From NCBI RefSeq assembly GCF_017876815.1, contig NZ_JAGIOS010000001.1, positions 3,660,001 to 3,692,000 on the forward strand: a stretch of 32,000 nt of DNA, in the 5' to 3' direction. The DNA is from Sinorhizobium meliloti (lineage in GTDB: Bacteria > Pseudomonadota > Alphaproteobacteria > Rhizobiales > Rhizobiaceae). The position numbers and the translations under genes are program-made. Below the pieces are notes generated by a model. It saw nothing but the letters and a program-made list of their open reading frames with translations. It was not told the DNA's origin and searched no databases. Positions 1 through 7,274 of the stretch are shown here, in pieces (position 1 is the stretch's first letter; the number at the start of each line of letters is the position of its first letter).

Positions 1-467
1 AAGCCTGAAACGACGCCCGAAGCCCCGATCACCACGGCCATCTCGCCCCAGTGGAAGATGATGTGCAAGCCGACGGCGGCAGCCGCCGACAGGCACCAGA
101 ACAAGGCGAGCCGAGCCATCCCGATCCGTCTGACGACGGGGGCGCCGAACGCGACCATCCAGAAGACATTGAAGATGAGATGCTCCCAACTTCCGTGCAG
201 GAAGGAATAGGTCACCGGCGTCCAGAGCCAGACCAGCCCCTGCTCACCGAGCGGAAGCGTGTAGCGCACGGGCAGAAAGGCAAAGTTGAGGATCAGCTCC
301 TGGTCGATCTCGGCCGGCAGGACATAGGTCCTCAAGACATGGACCGCGATCAGGAACGAAAGGATTCCGGTCAGCCCCGGCGGAAGATTGAAGGCGGGCT
401 CGCGACTGCGGACGTCGGTACTGTCGACATCGGTTTCCGGTGACGTTGCCGCCTGATCCCGTTCCAT
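1..467 (-). CDS. rhomboid family intramembrane serine protease, N-terminal part (ORF leaves the window at the left edge)
   Basis: Not in the ORF track because it runs off the window. My translation from the ATG (complement of 465-467) is MERDQAATSPETDVDSTDVRSREPAFNLPPGL...YSFLHGSWEHLIFNVFWMVAFGAPVVRR...HWGEMAVVIGASGVVSG. It has the rhomboid H-x-x-x-N motif (HLIFN), the GxSG catalytic motif (GASG) and several hydrophobic helices. The frame stays open upstream of 467, so the start is provisional. Confidence 0.8.
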   Translation of the reverse strand, partial: MERDQAATSPETDVDSTDVRSREPAFNLPPGLTGILSFLIAVHVLRTYVLPAEIDQELILNFAFLPVRYTLPLGEQGLVWLWTPVTYSFLHGSWEHLIFNVFWMVAFGAPVVRRIGMARLALFWCLSAAAAVGLHIIFHWGEMAVVIGASGVVSG

Positions 468-549
468 AGCTGCCTCTTCCCTTCGGTCGCTGCGGTTGCG
501 CCCAGACGGCGGCGAACCGCCCGCAGTAGCGCGCAAGGGATAAGCAAAC

Positions 550-583
550 AAAAAAACGCCGTCCAGTGAAAACTGAACGGCGT
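550..583 (-). terminator. intrinsic-terminator-like hairpin plus U-run on the minus strand, just upstream of the rhomboid start
   Basis: Minus-strand reading: ACGCCGT, 14-nt loop, ACGGCGT, then TTTTTTT (plus-strand A7 at 550-556). A second GC hairpin (cgcgc-cgtt-gcgcg, 586-599) lies immediately upstream in the minus direction. Confidence 0.4.
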
Positions 584-708
584 CACGCGCCGTTGCGCGC
601 GCGTCAGTCGATGTGCTGAAGGCAATCCTTCGTGAAGTGCTGCCGAATGACATGGCAGCCGCCGGCGTCGAGCGCAATCGAAACCGGCCGTTAACCTTAA
701 TTTCGCCG

Positions 709-724
709 TGGCACGAAAATCGCT
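709..724 (+). promoter_or_regulatory. sigma-54-like -24/-12 element (weak candidate)
   Basis: TGGCAC-gaaaa-TCGCT compared with the consensus TGGCAC-N5-TTGCW. It lies 25 nt before the 749 start option and 85 nt before the 809 start option of the PAS_5 gene. Confidence 0.2.
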
Positions 725-808
725 CCATGCACTCAAGGACCACGCAATATGCCGCCGGCTATCTCGATCTGGGACGGTCTGCGCCGCAACAACGACCGAT
801 CGGGCAAG

Positions 809-1411
809 ATGCGCAGCAGAACGACAATGGAACTGTTTCAATACTGGAACGAAGTTCGCGGCGGCCGCGATCTCCCGCGCCGTGACGAAATCCAGCCCGC
901 CGATATTCGTTCACTCCTGCCCAACGTCTTCATCCTCCAGGCGCAGGCGGACGGTGGAATACACTTTCGTCTCGCGGGCACCCACATCTGCGGCTTGTTC
1001 GGCGACGAACTCCGCCACCGTCAATTCTCCGCCTTGTGGCTCGGCGGACAGCAGGAGGAGGCTGCCCGTATCGCCGGTCAGGTCGTGAAGCGATGCATGC
1101 CGATGCTACTGGCTGCGTCCGGCGCAACCGCAACCGGGGATCGGTTGGAAGTGGAAATTCTGCTTACCCCCCTCGCCTCTCCCGATGGAACGGGCGACCG
1201 CATACTCGGCGCTCTGTCGCCGCTGTCCCGTCCGATATGGCTGCACATGAAGCCATTGCAGCACCTTGTCCTGGAAAGCCGCTGTGCCGCATTGCCTGCG
1301 TCCGAATGCTCCACGACTGCCGGTCTTACCGGCAGCCGCATCGATGCCTGCGATCGCCCCTTCCGCATGGCGCAGCACCTGCGCGTCTTCGAGGGTGGAA
1401 GGCGAAACTGA
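809..1411 (+). CDS. PAS_5 (DUF1457)-type PAS domain protein
   Basis: ORF track 749..1411. The sequence ELFQYWNEVRGGRDLPRRDEIQPADIRSLLPNVFILQAQADGGIHFRLAGTHICGLFGDELR is typical of the Rhizobiales PAS_5 family as I recall it. Start options are the ATG at 809 or at 749. Confidence 0.7.
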   Translation: MRSRTTMELFQYWNEVRGGRDLPRRDEIQPADIRSLLPNVFILQAQADGGIHFRLAGTHICGLFGDELRHRQFSALWLGGQQEEAARIAGQVVKRCMPMLLAASGATATGDRLEVEILLTPLASPDGTGDRILGALSPLSRPIWLHMKPLQHLVLESRCAALPASECSTTAGLTGSRIDACDRPFRMAQHLRVFEGGRRN

Positions 1412-1478
1412 GCGAACCTTCTGTTAATCGGTGCGGTCTATACTTTCGCCTGCAAAATATATCCATCGTAGAGTGATC

Positions 1479-2087
1479 ATGTTCTCCTTCCAGCATGCGC
1501 AGAACAGCGCCCCGAAACCACATCAGGAAAGCGCCTTTCAGCGCGTTTCGGTCAATCTTTCGGGACGACTGATGCTTGCCAGTCACGAGGAATATGACTG
1601 TACCGCCCTGGAGATGTCGCCGGGCGACGTTCTGTTGACCTCGCCCGCGCGTCCGCGCGGCGGAGAGCGTATCATTGCCTATGTCGACCATGTGGGTCGC
1701 CTCGAAGGCACGGTGTCACGCGTTGCGGACGATGCGTTCGTGATCCAGCTCAACGCCACGGAACGCAAGCGCGAGAAGCTTGCGGCACAACTGACCTGGA
1801 TCGCCAACAAACACGAACTCGGTCTGCCGGAAGACCGGCGCCATGACCGGCTGGCACCTCGCAAGACATTGACGGAACTCACAGTCGATACCGGCGAGAG
1901 ATACAGCTGTCGGATCATCGACCTCTCGCTTTCCGGCGCGGCGGTCGACATCGACACACGGCCTGCCGTAGGATCGCCGGTCAGGCTGGGTAACATGAAG
2001 GGCAGGATCGTCCGTCATTTCCAGGAAGGCGTCGCCATCGAATTCTCCGGGATACAGTCCCGCGAGGCACTGACCGAGTTTCTGTAA
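1479..2087 (+). CDS. PilZ domain protein (tandem PilZ-like halves; the C-terminal half has canonical c-di-GMP binding motifs)
   Basis: ORF track 1431..2087, internal ATG at 1479 (MFSFQH...). The C-terminal half has RxxxR (RRHDR) and D-x-S-x-x-G (DLSLSG). The N-terminal half is PilZ-like but degenerate. Confidence 0.85.
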   Translation: MFSFQHAQNSAPKPHQESAFQRVSVNLSGRLMLASHEEYDCTALEMSPGDVLLTSPARPRGGERIIAYVDHVGRLEGTVSRVADDAFVIQLNATERKREKLAAQLTWIANKHELGLPEDRRHDRLAPRKTLTELTVDTGERYSCRIIDLSLSGAAVDIDTRPAVGSPVRLGNMKGRIVRHFQEGVAIEFSGIQSREALTEFL

Positions 2088-2226
2088 GCACTAAGGCGTG
2101 TTGAGATTCATCTTGAGGTTATGGCGGCTGCTGCGAGATGGATAATTTCGTTGAAGCTCTGGTCGGTTTTGTCGCTACGCATGGCGCGACGCGCTTGAAT
2201 TTCTTGGATACCGACTGCGCAGCCCA

Positions 2227-2494
2227 CTGCATGTTTCCTTTGATCGTCGCCGATCAAAGGACAAGAACATGCAGCAGTCAAAGTGCTACAGCGACCTTTG
2301 CGCGTCTGATAAGACGCTGCAATCTCTCCTCACCCTCATCTCTGTGCTTGTCACAGAGATCCAGCAGCGCTGCGTCTGCGGCGCGGGGGAATGTTCTTTC
2401 AGCCCAAGGACTTGGTCTGACTGGATCCCTGTGACGAGCACAGGGATGAGGAGATCAAGCCGGGGCGGGTATCCCGAATCTCAACAGACCTTAG
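2227..2494. repeat. RIME-like intergenic mosaic repeat, copy 1 (module A 2227-2316 plus module B 2317-2494)
   Basis: Module A is a nested hairpin: ctgcatgtt (2227-2235) pairs with aacatgcag (2266-2274), and cctttgatcg (2237-2246) pairs with cgatcaaagg (2251-2260). Module B has 31-nt inverted arms, cctcatctctgtgcttgtcacagagatccag (2334-2364) and ctggatccctgtgacgagcacagggatgagg (2421-2451). Near-identical copies occur at 15404-15503, 15957-16135 and 12188-12283. The family name is assigned from memory. Confidence 0.8.
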
Positions 2495-2946
2495 AGGCGG
2501 CGCTTGCGTCAGCGGACCGCCTTGACCAAGCCTCTGCCCTCGCCTAGTCCAAAATCAACTCTTCCGCAGCGGGCCGGCAACAGAAATAGCTTCTGGTAAA
2601 CCGGGCGTTACGCTTCCCGGCGATCCGACACTATTTCCTGCTGGCTCCGATGGGTCCCACCGTCACCGGCTGCATGGCTGGCGGGACGCGCAATCGCGGC
2701 TCTGCTACGCTCGCCGCACATAGTATTCTCACCTATATTCAATGGCTTACACGGATTTGCACCGTCGTCGCTCCCGGTGGCCGCCGACAAGCAGCATGAA
2801 AATCGATAAAATTTGAATCGAATTTTATTACTGTTCGCCTCAATTTTTATTCTTATGTTATTCGAGTTTGTTCTTGTTTTTACTTCCGATCTTCGCCGCC
2901 GGTAAAAAACTCTGTGCCAATGTCGAACCACAACGGGGAGACAGAC

Positions 2947-3555
2947 ATGCGCACAATCATCACCATGGCGATCGCTGCCGCAGCCCTTGCCACCGGCCTC
3001 ATCGCCGGGCCGGCTTACGCGGTGCCGGCGAACATGACGGTCGGCGGCGCGACCAACCCGCCGATCGGGCATTACGAGTTCTGCAAGGCCAATCCCTCCG
3101 AATGCGCGGCCATTGGCGCGGACCATGGCCCGTCCGTGCTGACGCGCGACAGCTGGAAGAAGATCCTCGAAATCAATTACGAGGTGAATCAGGCGATCGC
3201 CCCGATGACCGACATGGAAATCCATGGCGTCGAGGAAAACTGGTCCTACCCGGACGCCGTCGGCGACTGCGAGGATTACGTGCTGCTGAAACGCCGCAGG
3301 CTGATCGAAAGCGGCTTCTCCCCCGCCGATCTTCTGATCACCGTCGTCCTGCAGCCGAATGGCGACGGTCATGCCGTCCTGACGGTGCGCACCGACCGCG
3401 GCGATTTCATTCTCGACAACATGCGCAGCAAGGTGCTGCTCTGGTCGGACACGGAATATACCTACCTGAAGCGGCAGTCCTCGGAGCATGCCGGGCGCTG
3501 GGTGAAACTGCAGGATGGCCGCGCTCTCGCCGTCGGCAGCGTCAGCGCGCAATAA
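2947..3555 (+). CDS. periplasmic transglutaminase-like cysteine peptidase (BTLCP / LapG family, Peptidase_C93)
   Basis: ORF track 2914..3555. A GGGGAGA Shine-Dalgarno precedes the ATG at 2947. Signal peptide MRTIITMAIAAAALATGLIAGPAYA. Candidate Cys-His-Asp triad context: GDCEDYVLLKRRRL, GDGHAVLTV, FILDNM. Confidence 0.9.
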   Translation: MRTIITMAIAAAALATGLIAGPAYAVPANMTVGGATNPPIGHYEFCKANPSECAAIGADHGPSVLTRDSWKKILEINYEVNQAIAPMTDMEIHGVEENWSYPDAVGDCEDYVLLKRRRLIESGFSPADLLITVVLQPNGDGHAVLTVRTDRGDFILDNMRSKVLLWSDTEYTYLKRQSSEHAGRWVKLQDGRALAVGSVSAQ

Positions 3556-3784
3556 CGGATGAGCAGGCGCCGGCCATGGCCCGCGCCTCTGATCGGCCCC
3601 GGTCGGCACTACCCCGTCCGGCCCGGGCCGATTTTCTCCGGGCGGCGCAGACCCGCCACGCTTCACCCAATATTAACCAAGTTGGACGAGCCTTGGCTGC
3701 GAGCGAATTCCGCGCGGCGAGGTCATCCAGTGGCCTTCGAGCGGATAGAACGCGCGCCCTGATCAGCTACCCTACGGCGCAGCC

Positions 3785-4513
3785 ATGAACCCGCCCCACA
3801 TTCCCGAACCGGAACTCCTGCCGCTCCTTTCGTCCCGCTTCGTCTACAAAGCGGCAGCAGCCGTCGTGATCCTCCTTGCGCTGACAATCACCCTTTCCTT
3901 TTCCGGGCAATGGTTCGGCCGACATCTCGCTGAGGCCGGCCACACGGCAAGCCGCGAAACCTATGACATCTTTATCGGCCAGGACCATTTGCGCCTGCCG
4001 GCGAATGTCATTCGCTTCGAAAACCAACGTAGCACGAGCATCGTCGGGCGCGTGGATCTCTATCTCACCTGGCCCGGGCTGGAAGGCTACGGCGAAGAGA
4101 CGCGGCCCTTGTTCGACGATGTCAGCCGGCCGGAAAACCTGATCTTCCTGCAGGTCGCGCAGAGTACGATGTCTCGCGACATGTCGGGGCGCCTCGCCCC
4201 CGTCTACCGCCATATCCTGCAGGACGCGCCGCAGGCCGGCCCCGAGGGCCTGACAAGGTACGACGCAAAGCCGGATTCGAGCTATGCCGGCGAAGTCTTC
4301 TTCATCGCCGAGAGAGATGAGCGCCCTGCCTACGTGCTGCGCTGCGTACTCCCCGAGACCACCGCGGCTTCGACCAGCGCCGATTGCCAGCGCGACGTTC
4401 ACATGGGCAAGGACCTCATCGTTCTCTACCGTTTCTCCAGCAGGTTGCTGCCGCAGTGGCGTGCCATCGAAGATTCGATGGAAACTTACATCAGCACGCA
4501 TCTCGTGCCGTGA
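3785..4513 (+). CDS. hypothetical single-pass membrane protein (short cytoplasmic N-terminus, one TM, about 200-aa periplasmic domain)
   Basis: ORF track 3785..4513. The TM segment is AAAAVVILLALTITLSFSG. Amino-acid composition looks like coding sequence. I recognise no domain. Confidence 0.65.
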   Translation: MNPPHIPEPELLPLLSSRFVYKAAAAVVILLALTITLSFSGQWFGRHLAEAGHTASRETYDIFIGQDHLRLPANVIRFENQRSTSIVGRVDLYLTWPGLEGYGEETRPLFDDVSRPENLIFLQVAQSTMSRDMSGRLAPVYRHILQDAPQAGPEGLTRYDAKPDSSYAGEVFFIAERDERPAYVLRCVLPETTAASTSADCQRDVHMGKDLIVLYRFSSRLLPQWRAIEDSMETYISTHLVP

Positions 4514-4756
4514 TTTTGACGAAGAGTCGTGATGCAGCCAATGCGCCGGCTAGAACGGGATGGGGGAGTATGCGCGGGGTTTTCGGCCGAGCCTACCAAA
4601 ACGTCATGATCTAGTGCGGGCTGAAGGTGCCGATCCTGAACAAAACGACCTGTGGCGGGCAACCAATCATTCATCATAAACCGATTGGTAACGCTATCCC
4701 GATACTGTCTCGGGAAAGGTCGTATCCGGAGACGGCATCCGGACGGCACCCCTGAT

Positions 4757-6259
4757 ATGAGAATGAAGAGCGATACAGTGTCTCAATCCGTTTTTTTTGA
4801 TCTCGCGAAACGCCCGTTCGGCGTCTTTACAGAAGTTATGGGGCGGATTTTTCTCGCCGGCCTGATCGCCGTGCTGACCTTTTCGGCGCCCGCCTTCGCG
4901 AATTCCAAATATGCCGGCATCGTCGTCGACGCGAAAACCGGCAAGGTTCTTTACGGCGAAGACGCTGATCAATTACGCTATCCGGCCTCGCTGACGAAGA
5001 TGATGACGCTGTATCTGACGTTCGAGGCGCTCGAAGCCGGACGGATCAGCAAAAGCACGCCTGTTCCCTTTTCCAAGAAGGCGTCGGCAGAGCCGCCGTC
5101 GAAGCTCGGTGTGCGCGCCGGGCGATCGATCACCGTCGAGCAGGCGATCCTCTCGCTGGTGACGCGCTCCGCCAACGATGCGGCGACGGCGCTTGGCGAG
5201 CTCCTGGGTGGTTCGGAACAGCGCTTCGCCCGGATGATGACCAACAAGGCCCGCGCGCTCGGCATGACGCGCACCACCTATCGCAACGCCCATGGCCTGC
5301 CCAATTCCGAACAACGGACGACGGCCCGCGACCAGGCCCGCCTCGGCATCGCGCTCCGGCAGCATTTCCCGCAGTATTACGACTACTTCTCCACGCGCAG
5401 CTTCCGTTTCGGCAAGCAGACGATCGGTAACCACAACCGGCTGCTCGGCAACGTCCGCGGGGTAGACGGTATCAAGACCGGCTATACGCGCGCTTCCGGC
5501 TTCAATCTCGTAACCTCGGCCCAGCTCGACGGGCGCAGCATCGTGGCGGTCGTCATGGGCGGCACGTCGGGCGGCGCCCGCGATGCGCAGATGCGCAAGC
5601 TCGTCGCGAAATACATGCCTTCCGCATCGCGCCGCGGCAGCGGCAATCTGATCGCCGAGGTCCCGGCCGAACCCGTGACGACGGTAGCCGAAGCCGAAGT
5701 ACGGCCGGCCACCGCCGCAGCTGTCGCGTCGGCGGCAATGGACCTGCCGAATACCGGCCCGGTCCCGGATTTCCGCTACACCGGCGAAAGCGCCGCCGGC
5801 GTCGCAATGGCCTATGCATCGACGAAACCGGCCTCGGACAATCCCGTGCTCGCAGCCAAGATCGCGCCGAACACGCTCGACTCGCAGATCGCCAGACTTG
5901 CCCAGGAGCCGGAAGCCGCTGGCGACGTCGATACGCAGATCACCAATTCGGTCGCCACCGCTGAAACCGCACCTGCCGCGGCCGAAGCCAGCACCGAAGC
6001 GAATGTCGGCATGCAGGGCTGGGTCATCCAGATCGGCGCCACGCCCGACAAGACGCAGGCCATGACGCTGCTCGACAATGCCAAGGAAAAGGGCGGCAAG
6101 GCACTGCGTAACGCCACCCCCTTCACGGTCGCCTTCAGCAATGACGGAGCTCAGCTCTACCGCGCCCGCTTCGGCGGCTTCGACGATCAAGACAAGGCCG
6201 TCAACGCATGCAGGGCATTGAAGAAGAAGGGCTTCGCTTGCTGGGCGAGCCAGCAGTAA
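4757..6259 (+). CDS. D-alanyl-D-alanine carboxypeptidase (S11, PBP5/6-like) with a C-terminal SPOR domain
   Basis: ORF track 4652..6259. It has SxxK (SLTKMMT), SxN (SANDAA) and KTG (KTGYT) motifs and a signal peptide (MGRIFLAGLIAVLTFSAPAFA). A low-complexity Ala/Pro linker precedes the SPOR-like tail GWVIQIGATPDKTQA...YRARFGGFDDQDKAVNACRALKKKGFACW. The start is ambiguous between 4757 and 4838. Confidence 0.9.
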   Translation: MRMKSDTVSQSVFFDLAKRPFGVFTEVMGRIFLAGLIAVLTFSAPAFANSKYAGIVVDAKTGKVLYGEDADQLRYPASLTKMMTLYLTFEALEAGRISKSTPVPFSKKASAEPPSKLGVRAGRSITVEQAILSLVTRSANDAATALGELLGGSEQRFARMMTNKARALGMTRTTYRNAHGLPNSEQRTTARDQARLGIALRQHFPQYYDYFSTRSFRFGKQTIGNHNRLLGNVRGVDGIKTGYTRASGFNLVTSAQLDGRSIVAVVMGGTSGGARDAQMRKLVAKYMPSASRRGSGNLIAEVPAEPVTTVAEAEVRPATAAAVASAAMDLPNTGPVPDFRYTGESAAGVAMAYASTKPASDNPVLAAKIAPNTLDSQIARLAQEPEAAGDVDTQITNSVATAETAPAAAEASTEANVGMQGWVIQIGATPDKTQAMTLLDNAKEKGGKALRNATPFTVAFSNDGAQLYRARFGGFDDQDKAVNACRALKKKGFACWASQQ

Positions 6260-6334
6260 GAGACTCTATGAATGGCAGCCGGGCGCGTTTCTCCGGCTGT
6301 CCTCCTCGGTTTTGTACAGCGTAACGAGGTCAGC

Positions 6335-6604
6335 ATGGCAATGAACGAGAACGTCCCCGGCGACACGATGATGGCGGACAGAAGAGCCAGACCATCGCGA
6401 ATTCGGCTGCATCCGTTGCACGAGGCGGCCATGCGCATCGCGGACATCGGCCTGAACCGATCCAAGGCAAAAACGCGCGACCTGGTTGGCATGCTCCTTA
6501 CGCATGGCGCGCGCGCCTGGCGTTCGACCCAGCCTCGGGCGGGCATCCATTTGCACGTCGCGGCACCGGGGCGCAGCCGCCCCCTCCGAATTCGCCTGCA
6601 TTAG
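6335..6604 (+). CDS. hypothetical small protein (weak call)
   Basis: Part of ORF 6272..6604. A GAGG motif lies 7 nt upstream of the ATG at 6335. Third-codon positions are mostly G/C by eye. There is no recognisable domain, and the composition is Arg/Ala-rich, which is also typical of spurious high-GC ORFs. Confidence 0.25.
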   Translation: MAMNENVPGDTMMADRRARPSRIRLHPLHEAAMRIADIGLNRSKAKTRDLVGMLLTHGARAWRSTQPRAGIHLHVAAPGRSRPLRIRLH

Positions 6605-6693
6605 GCTCGAATTTGGAATATCGCATGCGGCTTTCCGCGCGCAGCCAGCGTTTCAACGCTTTAAACTCGATCATGCGGGCAGGTCATGGACCG

Positions 6694-6741
6694 CCCCTCA
6701 TCCGCCTGCCGGCACCTTCTCCCCGCAAGCGGGGCGAAGGG
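6694..6741 (+). repeat. REP-like palindromic unit, copy a
   Basis: cccctcatccgcctgccggcaccttctccccgcaagcggggcgaaggg, with internal hairpin ttctccccgc / gcggggcgaa. The same unit recurs at 6897-6944, 7001-7048 (inverted) and 29318-29400. Confidence 0.85.
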
Positions 6742-6896
6742 AACTCGCGGCGCCCCACCGCTTTTCCCTTCTCCCCATCAAAATGCTACGGCATGCACAT
6801 ATCTCTTGCGCGCCGGTGCGGCGGATACTGCTCATGAATGGGATCCCTCGGGAACCCAACCGCCTCAACGCCGCTCGGTCGGGATTGCCCCTCAAC

Positions 6897-6944
6897 CGGC
6901 TGCCGCCACCTTCTCCCCGCAGGCGGGGAGAAGGGATATGCCGC
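6897..6944 (+). repeat. REP-like palindromic unit, copy b
   Basis: cccctcaaccggctgccgccaccttctccccgcaggcggggagaaggg, near-identical to copy a. Confidence 0.85.
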
Positions 6945-7000
6945 GCCCGCTCGCTCCCTCGGGCGGGCGGTGAATGCGGGGTTCAGTCGGCGCCGCTTGT

Positions 7001-7048
7001 CCCTTCTCCCCGCCTGCGGGGAGAAGGTGCCGGCAGGCGGATGAGGGG
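7001..7048 (-). repeat. REP-like palindromic unit, copy c (inverted orientation)
   Basis: cccttctccccgcctgcggggagaaggtgccggcaggcggatgagggg is the reverse complement of the copy a/b consensus. Confidence 0.85.
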
Positions 7049-7274
7049 CGGGTGACCGCTAATGCCAATGTTAGCGCATATGGGTTTGATCCCAAGGACC
7101 CATCCGCAAGCCTCGCCACTGATGGAAATACAGATGCCGCCACTCCGGAGTAAATCCGCGAAGGGCTGGACAACAAGAGATATGTGCATGCCGTAGCATC
7201 AAAATGGGAGCAGCCGTGGTCATGAGCGCGATTTGTCGGACGCGTCCGCTCTCGCCGGCGAAGGTGGCCGCCGG

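Larger units (their letters stand above)
6783..7199. mobile_element. MITE-like non-autonomous element bounded by perfect 26-bp inverted repeats
   Basis: atgctacggcatgcacatatctcttg (6783-6808) is the exact reverse complement of caagagatatgtgcatgccgtagcat (7174-7199). CAAA flanks both ends (6779-6782 and 7200-7203). The interior has no credible ORF and carries two REP-like units. Confidence 0.45.

Noticed and set aside
2608-2721. 37-codon minus-strand ORF (MCGERSRAAIARPASHAAGDGGTHRSQQEIVSDRREA) with an AGGTGAG Shine-Dalgarno-like motif
   Set aside because: Codon bias is unremarkable, the peptide is not hydrophobic or motif-bearing, and there is no terminator. It lies in the long repeat-containing spacer and is most likely chance.
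2608-3666. 352-aa minus-strand ORF, with companion ORFs at 2868..3788 and 3767..4501
   Set aside because: These are antisense or out-of-frame shadows of the BTLCP gene and the membrane-protein gene. They are Arg/Gly/Ala/His-rich with no motifs. The 352-aa ORF also runs through the AT-rich promoter region. Long open shadow frames like these are expected in high-GC DNA.
4973-6190. 405-aa minus-strand ORF opposite the DD-carboxypeptidase gene
   Set aside because: It has Arg/Gly-rich low-complexity composition. The plus-strand frame carries unmistakable SxxK/SxN/KTG and SPOR signatures.
6694-7048. Possible CRISPR array, because a roughly 48-bp unit recurs
   Set aside because: There are only three units with irregular spacing. 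One is inverted and each is itself palindromic. No cas genes are present, and the same unit occurs singly at 29318-29400. This is a REP-like dispersed repeat, not a CRISPR array.
6486-7189. Six overlapping 65-189-aa ORFs on both strands in the 6.5-7.2 kb intergenic region
   Set aside because: They are translations of REP-like palindromic units, with the same peptide (PAPSPRxRGEG / LLPACGEKV) recurring on both strands. None has a Shine-Dalgarno or coding-like composition.
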